A stretch of DNA of 64,000 nucleotides from Eledone cirrhosa (taxonomy: Eukaryota), in NCBI GenBank assembly GCA_964016885.1, contig OZ024742.1, positions 147,312,001-147,376,000 on the forward strand, in the 5' to 3' direction. The position numbers and the translations under genes are program-made. The stretch's first letter is position 1. The number at the start of each line of letters is the position of its first letter. The notes under the pieces were generated by a model. It saw nothing but the letters and a program-made list of their open reading frames with translations, did no database searches and was not told the DNA's origin. Shown piece by piece: positions 11,903-23,170 of this stretch.

Positions 11903-12794
11903 ATTTTAACCAAGAACTGGTGATGAATGGAATAACATAACCAATTATAAATTTGTTGATAGTAGCTATTTACTTGCTTGATGCCTATGGGAAGATACGA
12001 AGTCAACAACATTAGAAAATAGCACAACACTTATCAGAAATAGAATACACTTGACGTTTACATCAACATACTGTGCCTCTACACAGTACCTATTTTATAG
12101 TGAGGTGGGTTAAGCCAGTGATTAAGCTAAATAGTTATATTATTACAAGTGACAATATATGAAAATAAATATGGTACATTGTGCCATTACACCTCTGACT
12201 ACTTGGTTAGATTTTAATTGACACAGCTGAAGTTACATAAGCAATATTTTTAGATCAGTGGAATCCATATTTTAATAAAACTGTTATTTCTGAAATCTAT
12301 ATATAAATTTAAGCACATTCCGTCCCTCACACAATATGTGTGTGAATGTATGTATGTGTAAAAGGAAAGAAGGGGATGGTGAAAAAACTATAGCAAAACT
12401 GAATGTATGTGCATTTGTGTGAATATGTCTGAGAGTGTGTATTTTTGTAAATCTGTCTGTGTTTGCACTGTGTTTGCATTTATATTTATATATTCATACA
12501 TATAAATGTATGCATATGCACATACACACATACACACACATATACACATACAGTTCAGCGTGTTGAAAAACATTCTAGTACTTTATAATTAACATCACGA
12601 GTATTTGTAATGAACTGCATATATCAAGTTTAGAATAATGATGATGATGATGATGATGATTCCCTGCATAATCTAAGAGTTGACTGAAAGGGTTGGTTCC
12701 AGGAAGGACATCCGTCTGTAAAATACTACATCAAAAAGTACCCCATAAGGCCTGCAAGGTTAACTCCAGCTTTAACAGGGAAAAATAGCCTTAA

Positions 12795-13000
12795 CCCTTT
12801 AGCATTTACATTACTCTATATTTACTATTGTATTTTCACAGTAAAGGCTTTACCTCACATAATTATCTCACATAATATCAAATCTATGAGATTTTGGTAA
12901 CAATGCCTTAGCATCAGTATGAGCGGCTGGTTACAGCAGGTTTGAACAGAAAGAGGTGAGAGAATTCTGGCCTAATATGTTCGGTTTAAATGCTAAAGGG
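12795..13000 (+). mobile_element. piggyBac-type MITE (family P1)
   Basis: 14-bp TIR CCCTTTAGCATTTA with TTAA on both flanks. Confidence 0.9.
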
Positions 13001-13158
13001 TTAAAATCTTTATTGTGGTGTATCACCAAAATTTGTAATGATACAGAGTAAATAATTACATAGATATATACCCTAGTAACTACAATAATAAATACAACAA
13101 TAATTGTAAACAGTTTTATCTCTGTTTTAGATGAAGTAAAAGTTTGATGAAAATTTGG

Positions 13159-13675
13159 ATAAATTTATAGAAAGACACCTCTACCAATTTCAATGGGAAA
13201 TAATTTTTTTCCTTCATTTTCTTTTTTTGTGTGTGTGTGTGTGTGCTATCAATTAATCTCATCTCCTAATATGGTGCAAAGGACTTTACCCCTGGAAAGG
13301 GGAGGGGGGATAGGGGCCCTTGGATTATTCCCGCAGAGTTTTCTTTAGCATATTTTTCCTTTCATTTTTTCATGTACTACCAACTGATCTTACCTCCAAA
13401 CATATTGTAAAGCTCCAGGAGTTAGAGTTAAGGCTAAGGTTAGGGTTAATGTTAGGGTTGCTGATAGGGTTAGTGAAAACACCTGGGAGATGGGATTGAA
13501 AATCCGAGAGTCCCTCATCTCACCCTCCTTTTCCAGGAAAAAGTCCTTTGTACCATATTAAGAAGTAAGTTTAATTGATAGCTCATGAAAAAAAAACAAA
13601 AAAAAACAAAAAAAAAAACAAGAAAAATAATTATTTCCCACTGAAATCAGTGGAGGTGTCTTTCTATAAATTTAT
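13159..13675. mobile_element. Foldback/MITE-like element with ~170-bp imperfect TIRs and internal TTAGGG-like repeats
   Basis: Outer 23 bp ATAAATTTATAGAAAGACACCTC are perfectly inverted; arms continue through TATGGT.CAAAGGACTTT..CCTGGAAA; centre has GTTAGAGTTAAGGCTAAGGTTAGGGTTAATGTTAGGGTT. Confidence 0.8.
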
Positions 13676-13819
13676 TGTTGTTTCAGATACATTCCCACTG
13701 CATGAGACCTTGGGTAAATCTTTTACTATAGCCTTGGGTTGACTAATGACTTTTGAGGGAAATGTGGTCGACAGAAATTCCAGACGCACTATATGATAAC
13801 TGAAACAGTGCAGTTCTCA

Positions 13820-14105
13820 TTGGATAATTCTTCAGGACATCAGTAGGAGTTTGACATGGGTGTTTCCTTTCTCGAGTGCTTTACAATATCTTCCTGGAAA
13901 ACATCATGCAAGAGACTCACCAAGACTTCCAAACCTCTCTTTCCATTAGATGATGGCCCATTTCAAGCCTGTAATTTGCTGATGACATTGAACTGTTAAG
14001 AATCAGTGAAGGAGAATTCCAGGTGCTCACTATCAGACTGGAAAGGGTATCAGGAGCATATGGAATGGAAATCAGCTAAGAAAAAAAAGCAAGATTCTGG
14101 CTAAT
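13820..14105 (+). mobile_element. RTE reverse transcriptase fragment
   Basis: FADDI and ..LTIRLERVSGAYGMEIS.(E)KSKIL motifs, with stops and frameshifts. Confidence 0.75.
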
Positions 14106-14389
14106 AGTAATAATCCGAATACAGCAAACAATGTAAATGTTTTTGACACAACCTCGCTTTCTTTCCTTCACCCACGTTTGATCCCCTTTAGTGGGTGACA
14201 TCTTCTCCTTTTCAACATGGACTAGTTCGACCAGGGAGATGGATGAAGCTTTACTACAGTGGAGAGATCTAGGATTGTCTGTACCTGTTACTGATGAGGA
14301 TAGATGGAAGTAGAGAGCATAGAACAATCTGCGTTCAAATGAAATTTTTTCATTCTTTCTTTGATCATTCTGATCAATTTTCTAGTTGG

Positions 14390-15000
14390 TGCTTACTGTC
14401 AACAAGCCCAAAGTTCTCAGGGGCCAACATTGTGGTCTTCTCAGTCAGAACAAGCTCCGTATCTGCAGTACACACTTTGAGTGGGAGCCAATGTCTGTGG
14501 AGGTCTGAGATATCACTGTGGAAGGTCCCTCGACTCCACAGGCCTGCATGGTTTGTCCTGCCACCTGAATGCTGGTCATTTCACCCGCCACACTGAGCTA
14601 AACCTGATCATCAAACGGGCCCTGGCTCAGGTAAATATCCCCTCAGTTCTGGAGCTGACTGGATTACTTAGAAGCAAGGGGAAGAGACCAGACAGCCTTA
14701 CCTTTTGTCTCTGGGTAAGAGGTAGGTGACTCTTTTGCTCCCTCCCACATCATGGATGCTGCGGTAAATGTGGGAGTCATACCAGGATCTATCTAACAAT
14801 TATTTTTTCCAGCCTGTGGCATTCGAAATGTTTAGTGGAGTTGGGTCACTGACAGCGAAGTTCTTGTCATCGCTGGCGGCTTGCCTTACTGAGGTGTCAG
14901 GTGATACCCGAGAGGGTGCCTGGTTGTTTCAGTGCTTTAGCCTCGCTATCAACTATTAAATGCTGTGAGCATATTGGCTTGCCTCAAATATTCCATTGAC
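14390..15000 (+). mobile_element. CRE-clade non-LTR retrotransposon 3' fragment (CCHC zinc knuckle plus restriction-like endonuclease)
   Basis: CG...D..G.HGLSC.....RH..LN.II.RAL....PS.LE..GL.R..GKRPD and Y.F.PVAFE..G....GD.REG.WLFQ..SLAI motifs in ORFs 14481-14729 and 14768-14959. Confidence 0.85.
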
Positions 15001-15189
15001 TCTTGTGATGTGCGGCTGATTGTCGCACTTGGTGGTTAATTGATAGTCGTTTTTGGTTTTGTTTCCTTTTTTCCCTTTTTCTCGCTCTAATCATGTATTT
15101 TGGTGCATAGTATTTGTGGGGTTCCTAGCAATGGCTAATTGTATATGTTATATGTATTTATATTTGTGTTTCAGTTTTCATTTGGGAGG

Positions 15190-15385
15190 AATTGTGACCA
15201 ACAACTCCTTGTCCAAATCCATCCTTCAGGGCACAGTCGAGGGAGGGTGAAGAAGAAGCAAACCAAGAAAATTCTGGTCCGACAAAATCAAAGATTGAAC
15301 TGGTCACAACACCAAGACCCTTCTACCCATGACGGTGACTAGAGACTAACGGCGATGATTGACGGCAGAAGCGTCTAGAGTGACA
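15190..15385 (+). mobile_element. RTE C-terminal fragment, probably continuing 13820-14105
   Basis: SLSKSILQGTVEGG*RRSKPRKFWSDKIKD is a typical RTE C-terminus. Confidence 0.75.
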
Positions 15386-15405
15386 CCCCAGCAATTAGCT
15401 GCACC

Positions 15406-15560
15406 CAGTGGCGGATTTACTATTGTGCTTAAGCACAGGGTTCCTTTGGCCAAGGGGCCTAGCTTCATGCACCCAAAATATTTTACCTCCTTCAGGGCCC
15501 AAGTAAGGGGCCTCATAACTTAACAAGCACAGGGCCTCATTCGTCCTAAATCCAGTACTG
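15406..15560. mobile_element. hAT-type MITE
   Basis: Exact 8-bp TSD GCTGCACC (15398-405, 15561-68); TIR CAGTGGCGGATTTA / TAAATCCAGTACTG (11 of 14 match). Confidence 0.9.
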
Positions 15561-15593
15561 GCTGCACCAGTTGAGAGTATATGATGTTAATAT

Positions 15594-15686
<93 letters not shown>

Positions 15687-15753
15687 TGAAAGGTATAGCT
15701 TCCAGGAAGCTCCAACCGTTAAGGCTGTCTTTTTTTCCGGGTATGTCAATATT

Positions 15754-15856
15754 TATTTATAAACCAAATCTGTATTTTATCTGATGAAAACGCACCATAA
15801 TTTGCTTTGGTTGCCCTTGAAATATGTATAATAAAATAAATATGGTTTTATAAATA
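15754..15856 (+). ncRNA. Candidate minimal type I hammerhead ribozyme (Penelope-like, partly decayed)
   Basis: Stem I TATTTTAT(15773-80)/ATAAAATA(15831-38) with further extension; CTGATGA 15781-87; imperfect stem II; GAAA 15819-22; short near-palindromic stem III; cleavage triplet ATA 15828-30. Confidence 0.6.
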
Positions 15857-15880
15857 TAGTTTCCATTTATTAATATATTG

Positions 15881-15929
<49 letters not shown>

Positions 15930-16144
15930 ATGAGAGAGAGACGAGAAACTAGTGTAACGGCAGTTAATTCCCCTTAGTTACACACACCTGCTACCAGGAA
16001 TTGCCAGTTACCGGTCTTAATATACAACACTTTGCTCATTCTAATATGTTCCGTTCATTCTACTAATTTATCATTTTAACAAATTTATATATATATTATA
16101 TATATCTCGTTTTAAAGTATCTACACAACAATCCCCTGTCTACT
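15930..16144 (+). promoter_or_regulatory. Probable promoter/5' UTR of the SFT2-like gene
   Basis: Unique sequence directly upstream of the ATG, at the start of a relatively CpG-retaining zone (~15.9-19.9 kb). The TSS cannot be determined from sequence. Confidence 0.4.
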
Positions 16145-16210
16145 ATGGATAAATTAAAACGTGCTTTAAGTGGTGATGATGCCGACGAAGAGCATGGGAT
16201 CGTCACACAG
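16145..16210 (+). CDS. SFT2D1: SFT2/Got1-family vesicle transport protein, coding exon 1 (MDKLKRALSGDDADEEHGIVTQ)
   Basis: ATG at 16145, 22 codons, phase-0 donor CAG|GTTTGT at 16211. The peptide resembles the metazoan SFT2D1/2 N-terminus ([21 protein letters not shown]-like). The D1 vs D2 paralog label cannot be resolved. Confidence 0.92.
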
Positions 16211-16369
16211 GTTTGTTTCACTCCGAAGTTAATTAGTTAAACCATTATAATTTGTATCTGTTGATATATTTCACTTTCAATATAATATATTATATCTTTC
16301 CTTTTAACTTCATTGTAATTGTCGTTTACTAAAATATATATATATGATTGATTTTTCTTAGCATTATTA

Positions 16370-16555
16370 CAGCTGAATCCATAAAATTGCTTTGCTATGT
16401 TTATTCCGATTCTAGGTTCAAATCCGACTGAGGTCAACTTTATTTTCATCCTTTCCAGGTTTATAAAATAAAATACCAGTCAAGTTAGGTCTATCTAATC
16501 GACTTTTCCCTTCTTCACACTATTTCTGACCCTGTGCCTAAATTAGAAACCATTC
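16370..16555 (+). mobile_element. Degenerate tRNA-derived SINE (family B)
   Basis: GGTTCAAATCC B-box and GGTCAACTTT..TTTCATCCTT..ATAAAATAAA.TACCAG core shared with 24228-24428. Confidence 0.7.
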
Positions 16556-18586
16556 TTACTGATGAATCTTTTACACCAGGCACATGGTTCGTTCAAATTG
16601 TTATGAAGTAACTAATTCAAAACTAGGCATATATTTTATGTAAAACTTCAGTTACTGACAACTAAGTAATTAACCAGACCCTTATCACATTTTATTGTTA
16701 AAACAAAGAATTATAGAATTTCATTATAATTCTTTGTGTATATATTATTCCCAATGTATTTGATTCCGATACCTCTTATAGCGTACTGATAGTTTGTATT
16801 ATTAAATAGGTGTATATAGTAATAAAAAATTCTACTGTGTGATCTTTTAAAATCAGATTTATTTTAACATCGAATTCTTAATATAATTTTGATATCAAAC
16901 AAAAAATATAAAATTTAATTTATGAAAACGTGAAGGGGAATTGTTTTATTTTCTTGTAATTAATTACTTGATATATATAAATATATTTATTTCTCACCAA
17001 TAATTGTAGTATCTCATTAAAAATATATCGAGTTAATATATTATTATCTTTTTTCTTATCAGATTTGGTTCACTTTCATTTTCCTACATTTAAACTCTTT
17101 TTCTATTTATTATCTTGCACAGATTATTTTCAAATCTCCCAAGCCAAACATCTTAAAAGAAAAAGATTATTATTTTAAAATAAAACTCACAAGACATAAC
17201 TCGAGTTGTTATTTATTGTATTTAGGGGTGTATTTATTGTATTATTTTGGATTTAATCGTAAGTGATGTGTCCTGTCTGTAGACTATTCGTTAAATTGTT
17301 GTAAACTGTGACGATGATGGTTCATTTTCTTTTACATTTCACAGGATCCCTAAATACAAACAACCAACTAAATTGAATTTATTTGTTGGTTAGAAAATAT
17401 AACTGTCCATAGTATATTATCTAGCTTATATTTGGAAATACATTGAATTTGAATATAGAATATATCTGCCTTAAAAACCTGACACAGCTGGAGTCATCGA
17501 GTGAACCTCTACTTAGTCATTAGACCTTCTAGAAATAGAAGCCAAACCCTATCTAACTGATTTTTAAAAAGGCTAGATTCTATAGTCATGGGTTATGTTT
17601 TAAATAATCACCAAAATAGTTATATTGTTGATTTCTTAAGATGGTGTATGTTTGTTTACGTTGTTTCAGTTGCAACGTGGAAGCTTTTGAAAGTTTGTGA
17701 AGACCTCCATTTGTCAAATCCGTTATCATTTTCCTTGTTATTGTTGATTAAAACTATATGGTGTATTCAATTAACTAAGATCCCTTAAATATCTCTCTTC
17801 CCGTATTTCTAATTAAAGACAATGCTTATGATTTTCAAATTATTTTGAAAATATTCAAGAATTTAGAGCGATTTGTTATTAACCAACTTGTTGTTAGGAA
17901 CAAAACAACAAAAGTTCTTACATAGAATAATGACGGAAGTTTTTTTTAGCTAAGATGTAAACACTTTAAAACAGTTTTGTATGAAAGAACCATTGATGGT
18001 TTCAAAAGGATTAACTATCTCCCGCCTACTTATTGCTTTTGTCAATAGCGATTCATGTTGACAATGGTTTTATAGTTAAACTAGATTCCTTCTCAACTTT
18101 AGACTTATACGTCTATTCAGTCAACTTGAATTATTTTATTACGTTATTGTAATGGTAATTGTTTTATAACATTGCTTAAAATAATGTTACTGTCCTATTA
18201 ACCTGCTTTTTTTTTCCATTCTACTTTAATGCATTTATATATCCTTCCCACTTACAATTCAAAACACGTTTACGGGGGGGCGGTTCTCTGAAAGTTTCAC
18301 ATTTAAACACGGTAGGAAATTCAGTTTAAATAAATACTTGATTGTTTGAATCCATTGATTTGAATTCAACGTGTTATATTAATTTGTTCGTTTTTATTTA
18401 ATTTTAATCGTTAATAATTTTCTGAATGTGTTTGGGTTTATTTTCCTTTTTCCGTCTTTGGATTTTAATGCCATAAACTCGTGTTAACGAGTTTATAACT
18501 TTCTGAATCGTTTAGCTCTGACACATTTATAGATGTTTATCAGTGTTTTTGAGTCTTTTAATACTGGCATATTTATAAACGTTTAA

Positions 18587-18818
18587 TTTTTTGTACATTT
18601 CTCATGAAACACACTGCCTATAATTTTTGAAAATAACCAAGAATTTGAAGGGATTTATTAATACAACTAGTTTTCTCGTTATTAAACTGGGGTTTGGAAT
18701 ATAACTTAACAGAGGTTCTTACATAAAATTTTGATGGCAGGTTTTTTTTTATTAGAAATATAAACATTTGAAAACTAAGTTGCATCGTAGAACCAGCGGC
18801 AGTTTAGAATCAAAAGGG
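18587..18818 (+). mobile_element. TTAA-type MITE (family P2); further copies ~17790-18012, 22050-22235, 23267-23414, 31470-31750, 40460-40710, 47170-47960, 47960-48190(rev), 49150-49375
   Basis: Shared AAATAATCAAGAATTT..GGATTT..TAATATAACTA..TTCTTACATAAAATT body, ending AAAAGGG|TTAA. Confidence 0.75.
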
Positions 18819-19152
18819 TTAACTGTGTTTCGCGGTCTTTTGCTATTTTTGGTTTCTATGTTTCTATGATATAGAACATTCGAAGCTACAATTAACTTAT
18901 TACCTTGAATTAGTTGAACATTTTGAAATATTTCACCAAATTTTTCATTTAACATTACACAGAATTATTTTATTTTACTATATTATTATGGAAAATGTTT
19001 ATTGTTTATAGTGTGTTTTTTTTAAACTCTATTTCCCTAATAAATGAACTGTTTCAAGTATGCTACTCTATAAGGGAGCCTCTCTGTTGCCTCATCAATT
19101 GCAAAATAAAGAAAGCAGCCAACTATTTCCAAATCACATCTTACCAACTTAA

Positions 19153-19360
19153 CCCTTTAGTATTTACATTACTCTAGATTTACTATTGTATTTTCGCGGT
19201 AAAGGCTTTATCTCACATAATATCGAATCTACGAGAGTTTGATATTATTTATTTTGAGAATAATACCTTAACATTGGTATGAAAAGCCAGTTACGGCCGG
19301 TTTGAACAGAAAGAGGTGAGAGAATTCTGGCCGGTTGCGTCCGGTTTAAATGCTAAAGGG
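19153..19360 (+). mobile_element. piggyBac-type MITE P1, CpG-rich copy
   Basis: Same TIRs and body as 12795; TTAA on the left flank only. Confidence 0.9.
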
Positions 19361-20019
19361 AGAAGGAAAACTGAATAAAGTAGTCCTAGATCACTATATC
19401 TGAGAAGAAAATAAGATGGGATAGTAATGGCTATAATTCATTTGATCGTAGCTCTGTACTCAATCAGAGCTGACCTAAGTGTATCAACTTGAGTGTACGA
19501 AGTAAAGGGCCGAAACATTTCTGAAGACCTTCTGCTTCCAGCTCCCCTGGGAGTTTATTGCCACTATATGACAATTTGTGAACAAAAGCGTCGTTAGTTA
19601 CAAGTTTCGAATCAATATCCACTGGTTCACTGCATTTCTGACGGCGAGAGTAACAAGAAAGTGTCGAACTCGTCGCTAATATTTCAAGGGATTTCGTTTG
19701 TATAGTATCACCGAGATTTTTTTGTGTGTATGTGCGCGTTGGGTGGGGCTCCGATGTTTATATGGTTCGCTGATAAACATTGATGAAAGACGCATACAAA
19801 CATACGCGCGCACACACGCACACACACACGTGTGCTCATATATATATATGCATTCATACGAATGACGTACTTCCACACAGTTTCTGTCTACCAAATTTCA
19901 CTCACAATGTATTGGTGAATCCAAAGCAACGGTTTGAAGTGAACGTCCAAATTACACAGACAAACCTATGCCCAATTTGGACAAGAAATGTCTGTAAGCC
20001 AATGAGTTAGTTTCATTGG

Positions 20020-20290
20020 TACACTGTATAGGGTTTCTTACCCTATTGCTTTACTAAGTTTTGTTTCCACTACTGGAATTTCTTCTCTAGGTCTTACACA
20101 GATTTAGCTACAAGTACCAGATCACCAGCATATGAAGGATACCATGCTAGCCAGTCTTAAATTCCACCGTGATGGCCTGCAGAACTATAATAAACAGAAG
20201 CAGGCTGAGAATTGAACACTAAATTCTTTGTAGAACTCATGACCAACTCCAACTCTCATTTTACTGACATAGTGCTGTGTACTTCTCCAA
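20020..20290 (-). mobile_element. RTE reverse transcriptase fragment
   Basis: Reverse strand reads SILSLLLFIIVLQAITVEFKTG, followed by a degenerate YADDL region. Confidence 0.7.
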
Positions 20291-21394
20291 AGAAATCTCT
20301 ATTTTAAAGATACAGAAGGTGACTGTAAAATTAATCAGTTCCTTACTGTTGTGAGTTTAAATTATAAAAGAAGTGATTTTTGCTTTTAATTTTTCAAATG
20401 GATAAAGTAAATCATCTTCCTCGTTATAATTTAATTTCTGCTTTCCCTGGTAGCAAGCGTTGGATGGATCGTCACAGATTGTCAGTATTAATCAGAAATA
20501 CTGACCTCTCAGACGTAGTACTAGGAGCTACTGTCTCATTTACATGTTCCCACACCCTACCTAGTGCACTGGGTGTATTTTATAGCACCAGCATTTGGGA
20601 GTTGTCATATCTTTGACACAAAGAGTTCTCTCTACAAGTTTTTTATTGTTGGGTGCTCTTCCTGTCACCAACCATTTTACAGAGCATGCTGGGTGTGTTT
20701 ATTGTTTAGGTCATCAACAGTAGAGAGATTGTTGTTGTACCATTGACACAATTGACGAGTCCCCTTGACTGTTTTTGGCATGTTTTCTATAGCTGGATGT
20801 CCTTCCTTTCATAAACCACCTTACAGGGTATACAAGGTGCATTTTTCATGGTTCCAATGCTAGAGAGGTTGTCGTGTTGTGACAGGAGGGTTTTCTCAAC
20901 CCTTTTCCACATGGTTTTTACTCTTCCTAACATCAACAACTTTACAGAGTGTAGTGGGTGCATTTTATCATGGCACCAACACTAAGGTGGTTGTCAACTG
21001 AAGAGCCCTCACACTCCTATGGGATTGTGTAGAGTGAGAATAGGATGGGTAAGTGACAAAAGAATTTTGGAGGAAGAGAGTAACACATTTGTTGTCATTG
21101 GGGTTTGTGGTGGTGTGGGAGGGGGGAAGAGAAAGGGTGAGAAAGCTTGTCATAAGAGTAAGACACAGGGAGTTTGCCAGGGTGATGAGGGTGGGGATTA
21201 CAGTAATGGTGAAAGATTTTTATAAGGAGTGATGGTGGAGGTGTGGGAACATGTTTTTATATTGGTTGGAAAGTATAAAAACTGCACTTTCTCATTATTA
21301 CTTTTCTCTTTGGAACATAAAGGTTCTTTCATAAAATTATGATCTGACTGCTATGAAGACAACTCTTTGTCCAAATTGTGCTCCTTTTTCTTTG

Positions 21395-21960
21395 CCACCT
21401 TATTCCTGGGAGGATTGGGGGTGCAAAGTCCTCGAACATGCCTTCCAGCAAGTCTTAATAGAAGCAGCTGTATCCCCAAATGTGACCAACTGAGCTTATG
21501 GATGTTACCCAACCATCTTGCTTATAGTCTATTTCTGAGGTCCCTGCCAGTTGGTTTTACATGTAAAATCTGTCTGGCGATTCTTTCTTGAGACATTTTA
21601 ACCACATTGTGATATCTCAATTTGGAGAAGTAGCGGCTCTACCTGGAGTGACTCCCTGATCTCTGAGCTATACACCCTATTGAATCACATTACTCCAGAG
21701 ACCCTTTGGAGGAACCCCATTTTAGCCACTTGTATTTGCAATTATATTCTTTCGGTCATTACCCAAGATTCATGACTATAGTTAAGGATAGGTATGAATA
21801 CCAAATTGAAGACAGTGAGTTTGGCTTTTACCTCTACCTCCCTTCTTCTGATGACTGAGTATATTATTACACTAGCTTCTGTAATTCTTACATTTAATTC
21901 AGCCTCCTGCCATCTATCAATTGTGAAAAGGGCCCCGAAATACTTGCACTTCTGATTCAG
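21395..21960 (-). mobile_element. RTE LINE 3' fragment
   Basis: ORF 21742-22005 gives KYFG..FT.D..QE.EL..RI..A...KAKL.VF..VFIP.L.Y.HESWVMTERI. Confidence 0.85.
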
Positions 21961-22714
21961 TGCTGATGTTTTATAAAGCTTGAAAACCTCATCAGATTCC
22001 TCCAAACATCACATATCTTAGTTACATCACTGTAACATTGCTTTCATAAGAATCACCATATTTCTAATGAAAGACTGCTTATAATTTTCAAGTAATTTTG
22101 AAAATAATCTGCAATTTGGAGGGATTTTGTAATATAACTAACTTGCTCATTATTAAGTTGATGTTTGGAACAAAGATTCTTACATAAAATTATGATGATA
22201 GGTTTTTAGATAAATATAAATATTTTAACCCTTTCGTGACTATTGTAGGTTTTTTTTTTTTTTTAACATTTTCTCTCATACAGCACTTAAGATTGTGCAT
22301 TCCTGTCATTGTTTCATTGGTGGATGCATTTTGTTGGATCCTGGACGATGAACAGTTGCTAGTCCCAGCCCACTTTGTTTTTTAAAGTAAAGGAATAATA
22401 TGAGTTGCTCTTCACAAGCCTCTCACAGTATGTTTGTGCATATACGAGAGAGAGAGAGAAGAATTGACCCCAGTACTTCACAGGTACTTTATTTTGAATC
22501 TGGAAGGATGAAGGGCTAAAACTGATCTCAGTGACAGTTAGTAATCAGACCATAGAACAAGAACAGTTGCTCCAAGGCATTTGTCCAACTGCCTTGTTAT
22601 ATGTATTAAATACTTTTTTCTTTCATTTCTAAATCCAAACATATATACATATACACAGTCTAACTAAACAAAAATTACTCAGAGTAAATATTGTTATTTT
22701 TTGTTCAGTAATCA

Positions 22715-23170
22715 GAAGATGGGAGATAGGCGTAAAAGCCAAACTCACTATCTCCAATTCGGTATTCGTGCCAACCTTTATCTCTGGTCATGAATCATAG
22801 GTAATGACCAAAAGAATATGATCACAAATACAAGCAGCCGAAAGGGGCTTCCTCTGAAGAGTCTTTGGAGTAACAGTACTCGATAGAGTGCATAGCTCAA
22901 AGATCAGAGAGTCACTCCAGGTAGAACTGCTACTTCTCCGAATTGAGAGATCACAGCTCTGATACTATGGGCATGTGGTTAGAATGTCTCGGGAAAGAAT
23001 TGCTGGACAGATTTTATGGGCAAAACCAACCAGAGCGAGACCCAGGGGTAGACTCCGAGCAAGATGGTTGGATAACATATATGAGCTTGGCTGGTCTTGC
23101 TTGGATGGTTGCTTCTGACAGGACTTGGTGGAAGGAGTATCTGAGGACTCTGCACTCATGACCCTCCCAG
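22715..23170 (+). mobile_element. RTE LINE 3' fragment, inverted relative to 21395-21960
   Basis: KAKL.I.NSVFVP.....HES.VMTKRI.SQIQAAE.GFL; RPRGRLRARWLD. Confidence 0.85.

Noticed and set aside
13420-13475. Telomere or chromosome fusion scar
   Set aside because: Only a few degenerate units, enclosed within a TIR element.
15546-15762. ORFs rich in YI/CV/HT repeats (also 264-548, 25247-25704, 25812-26030, 30851-31168)
   Set aside because: They are produced by (TA)n/(CA)n microsatellites and show no protein motifs.
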